Origin: a bacterium HR23
GTDB taxonomy: Bacteria > Chloroflexota > Dehalococcoidia > Lucifugimonadales > HRBIN23
Length of the DNA stretch: 34,979 nucleotides
Assembly (NCBI GenBank): GCA_002923335.1
Contig: BEHZ01000001.1
Location: forward strand, 1 to 34,979
Direction: 5' to 3'
In this document: positions 32,863 to 34,979 of the stretch, piece after piece
How the letters are laid out: each line of letters starts with the position of its first letter
How positions within the stretch are numbered: the stretch's first letter is position 1
The notes under the pieces: model-generated
What the model was told of the DNA's origin: nothing
The model's input: only the letters and a program-made list of their open reading frames with translations
The model's database searches: none
Made by a program: the position numbers and the translations under genes

Positions 32863-33885
32863 CTATCCGCCGTATTTCTGGCGGAAGTAGGGGATGATGT
32901 GGAGACCGAAGAGTTCAATGACCCGCAGGGCGTGGTAGTTCTCCATGCCCGGCCACTGGATGCGGAAGAGGAAAAAGTTGGCGCCCAGGCGCTGGTGGTA
33001 GCGCTCTATCTCGGCGATGGCGTCTTCGGGGGTGCCGATGATGAAGCGGTCTCTGGCCAACTCCTCAAAGGGCACCCGGAAGGACTCCTGCCCCGGCAGG
33101 GCACGGTCTTGCCCCCATGCGGCGTAGGCCTGGTATTTCCCCTCCAGGTAGGGGCGGGCGATGCGCCACGCCTCCTCCCGTGTGGGGGCGATGAACAGTT
33201 CCCGGGCCAAGGGGATGTCGGCGGGCGGGGGGTGGCCGGCCTGCTCCCGCTCCTGGCGGTAGAGGTGCATCTGGCGCTCTACGGTGGGGAGGGAGGCGTG
33301 GGGGTTCACAAACCAGGCGTGTCCCAGGCGTGCGGCACGCACAACGGCCCCGTCGTTGTTGGCGGCGATCCAGATGGGCGGATGGGGCTTCTGGAGAGGG
33401 CGCACCGTGCACACCGCCTCCCGCAGGCGGAAGTGCTGGCCCTCAAAGGTTACCCGGGGCTGAGTCCAGAGGCGCTGGACCAGTTCCAGGGCCTCCAGGA
33501 AGCGCCCCACCCGCTGACGGCGCTCCACTCCAAAGGCCTCGTATTCAATCTCCCGATAGCCTAGCCCCACACCGAACACCACCCGCCCCTCGCTGATAAC
33601 ATCCAGGGTGGCCACACTCTCGGCCACCTCCACGGGGTTCAGCATGGAGAGAAGGAGCACCCCCGTTACCAGGCGCATCTCCCCCGCCTCGGCGGAGAGG
33701 CGCGCCAAATAGGGGATGGTCTGGAGGCTCTGATAGGGCGGAGAGAGGAAGTGCTGTCCGCTGGCGATGGCATGGAAGCCGGCGTCCAGGGCCAGGCGCA
33801 CCTGGTGGAGGGCCTCCCGGAAACGGCGCACGGGGGAATCGGTGATGGGGTGCTGGGGGATGGTGTAAAGGCCGAAGCGGAGCAT
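32863..33885 (-). CDS. LLM-class (luciferase-like) flavin/F420-dependent oxidoreductase
   Basis: Contains LRFGLY, EVAESVATLDVISEGRVVFGVGLGYR..E and KPHPPIW. ATG at 33885 lies 5 nt after GGAGG; the track start at 33891 is a GTG abutting the SD. Confidence 0.8.
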   Translation of the reverse strand: MLRFGLYTIPQHPITDSPVRRFREALHQVRLALDAGFHAIASGQHFLSPPYQSLQTIPYLARLSAEAGEMRLVTGVLLLSMLNPVEVAESVATLDVISEGRVVFGVGLGYREIEYEAFGVERRQRVGRFLEALELVQRLWTQPRVTFEGQHFRLREAVCTVRPLQKPHPPIWIAANNDGAVVRAARLGHAWFVNPHASLPTVERQMHLYRQEREQAGHPPPADIPLARELFIAPTREEAWRIARPYLEGKYQAYAAWGQDRALPGQESFRVPFEELARDRFIIGTPEDAIAEIERYHQRLGANFFLFRIQWPGMENYHALRVIELFGLHIIPYFRQKYGG

Positions 33886-33899
33886 GGGCACCTCCTCAT

Positions 33900-34373
33900 T
33901 TAGAGGGTAAAGGGCAAAAGGGCCTCGTCTATCTTCACCTGAGGCGCTAAGGTGCGCAGCGCAGTGAGGAACCCCCTCTCATCGGCGGGACTAATCACCA
34001 CCTCCCGCCACCACGCATGGGCGGTCTCCAGCACCAGGTTGCGGGGGGAGAAGGCGGCCCGCAGACGCACCACCCGGAAGGAGGAGACCATAGGGCCCCA
34101 TCCCCCTCGCCGTATCCGTTGCACACTGCCCAAAGGGATGCTCCACCGCAGGAGGCCCACCTGCACCACCAGCCTTTCCCCCTCCAGGCGGTAGCCGGAG
34201 GAGAGGAGGAAACCAACGGTTACCGCCAGCGCTCCCGCCACCACCAGAGCACCCATCGTCCTGTCCTCCCCCTGCTCGGTCAGGAGAACGAGGGCCAGAG
34301 CGATTGCCCCTGGCCCCACCAGAAGGGCCGGGAGCCACCACTCTATGCGAGGACGAAACCAGCGTGCGGGCAT
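33900..34373 (-). CDS. Membrane-flanked PH-like (bPH/YdbS-like) domain protein
   Basis: ATG at 34373, two N-terminal TM segments, then YRLEGERLVVQVGLLRWSIPLGSVQRI. The family call is tentative. Confidence 0.45.
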   Translation of the reverse strand: MPARWFRPRIEWWLPALLVGPGAIALALVLLTEQGEDRTMGALVVAGALAVTVGFLLSSGYRLEGERLVVQVGLLRWSIPLGSVQRIRRGGWGPMVSSFRVVRLRAAFSPRNLVLETAHAWWREVVISPADERGFLTALRTLAPQVKIDEALLPFTL

Positions 34374-34383
34374 CCTGGTGTGG

Positions 34384-34979
34384 CTACAGCAGCCCCTCCC
34401 GCTCAAAGATGCTGGCCAGGAGGTGCACTCCTTCGTGTATCTCGTGGGGCTTGGGGTAGGCGTAGCAGAGGCGCAGGCAGTTCTTCCCCTTCCCATCCGG
34501 CGAGAAGAGGCTCCCGTTGTAGTAACTCACGCCGGCGTGGAGGGCCTTCTCCTGGACGGCAGCGGTGTCGGCCCCTTCGGGGAGGCGGAGCCAGATATAC
34601 ATACTGCCTCGGGGGTGGCTCCACTGGGCACGGGGGCCGAAGGCCTCCCCCAGGGCGGAGAGCATGGCATCCCGTTTCCGTCGCAGGCCCTGGATCAGGT
34701 CCGCCACGTGGGCCTTGCGGTGCTCCCGCAGGTAGCGGTAAACGGCCATGGCGGCGAAGTGGTTGGTGCCGCCGTCGATCTTGATGGTGGTGAGGCGCTC
34801 CATCACCTCTGTGGGGGCGACCACCCATCCCAGGCGCACACCGGGGGCCACGATCTTGGAGAAGGAACTGGCGTAGAGCACCGCCCCCTCGGCCCCGTCC
34901 AGGCCGGCGATGGCGGGGATGTTCTCCCCCTCTATGCGCAGGTCCACATAACAGTCGTCTTCCAGGATGGGGACGCCAT
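34384..34979 (-). CDS. PLP-dependent aminotransferase, class I/II (C-terminal part; 5' end lies beyond the window)
   Basis: Contains YASSFSKIVAPGVRLGW (PLP lysine region), GGTNHF and P.GSMYIWL. The frame stays open to the window edge (GVPILEDDCYVDLRIE...); the track's M at 34947 is an internal GTG. Confidence 0.75.
   Translation of the reverse strand, partial: GVPILEDDCYVDLRIEGENIPAIAGLDGAEGAVLYASSFSKIVAPGVRLGWVVAPTEVMERLTTIKIDGGTNHFAAMAVYRYLREHRKAHVADLIQGLRRKRDAMLSALGEAFGPRAQWSHPRGSMYIWLRLPEGADTAAVQEKALHAGVSYYNGSLFSPDGKGKNCLRLCYAYPKPHEIHEGVHLLASIFEREGLL

Noticed and set aside
30632-32890. 752-aa plus-strand ORF antisense to copA and csoR
   Set aside because: It is a shadow ORF opposite an unambiguous P-type ATPase, with no motifs of its own.
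1-34979. Mobile elements, CRISPR arrays, tRNA/rRNA genes, defence or toxin-antitoxin modules
   Set aside because: No transposase, integrase or Cas-like translation appears in any frame. There are no regularly spaced short repeats, no cloverleaf-like intergenic sequences (the intergenic gaps are short), and no small paired ORFs of toxin-antitoxin type.

Overview
Visibly GC-rich bacterial chromosomal window with about 38 protein-coding genes. I saw no rRNA, tRNA, CRISPR array, transposase or integrase. All calls rest on reading the supplied translations and the DNA, since no database search was possible. The ORF track prints GTG and TTG starts as M and often over-extends N-termini, so several starts were re-picked using Shine-Dalgarno (SD) sites and stop/start overlaps.

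Gene content, left to right:
- Malate synthase A, a flippase-like membrane protein, an FAD oxidoreductase and dnaN.
- A C_GCAxxG_C_C redox protein, then a ttuB-ttuA tRNA thiolation pair.
- An MFS transporter, then an A-type Fe-S carrier with a ygfZ-like gene.
- A divergently transcribed NarL-type response regulator and a 4xGAF-PAS hybrid histidine kinase.
- folB, a DUF4012-like protein, and a complete sufC-sufB-sufD-Rieske-sufS-sufU operon with a clear promoter.
- PPOX, VanZ, UbiA-type and GNAT genes.
- A tightly packed nine-gene minus-strand copper locus: csoR, copA and seven small accessory genes.
- An LLM oxidoreductase, a PH-domain membrane protein and a partial aminotransferase.

Most interesting observations:
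1. The C_GCAxxG_C_C gene is truncated in the ORF track. Its reading frame continues upstream through an in-frame TGA that sits exactly at the family's first conserved Cys (GYYN-TGA-AQAVLL). A 7-bp hairpin with a GGUCUG loop follows at fdhF-like SECIS spacing. This makes it a candidate selenoprotein directly downstream of ttuB-ttuA.
2. The CsoR-controlled copper operon carries an uncharacterised accessory module: a Cys-rich cupredoxin, a DsbD_2/CcdA-like protein, a 4-TM protein with a CCAHH motif, and a lipoprotein.
3. The kinase gene contains an exactly 498-nt-periodic internal repeat, with two 85-nt copies differing at one base.

The many long alternative-frame ORFs are GC-composition shadows and were rejected.
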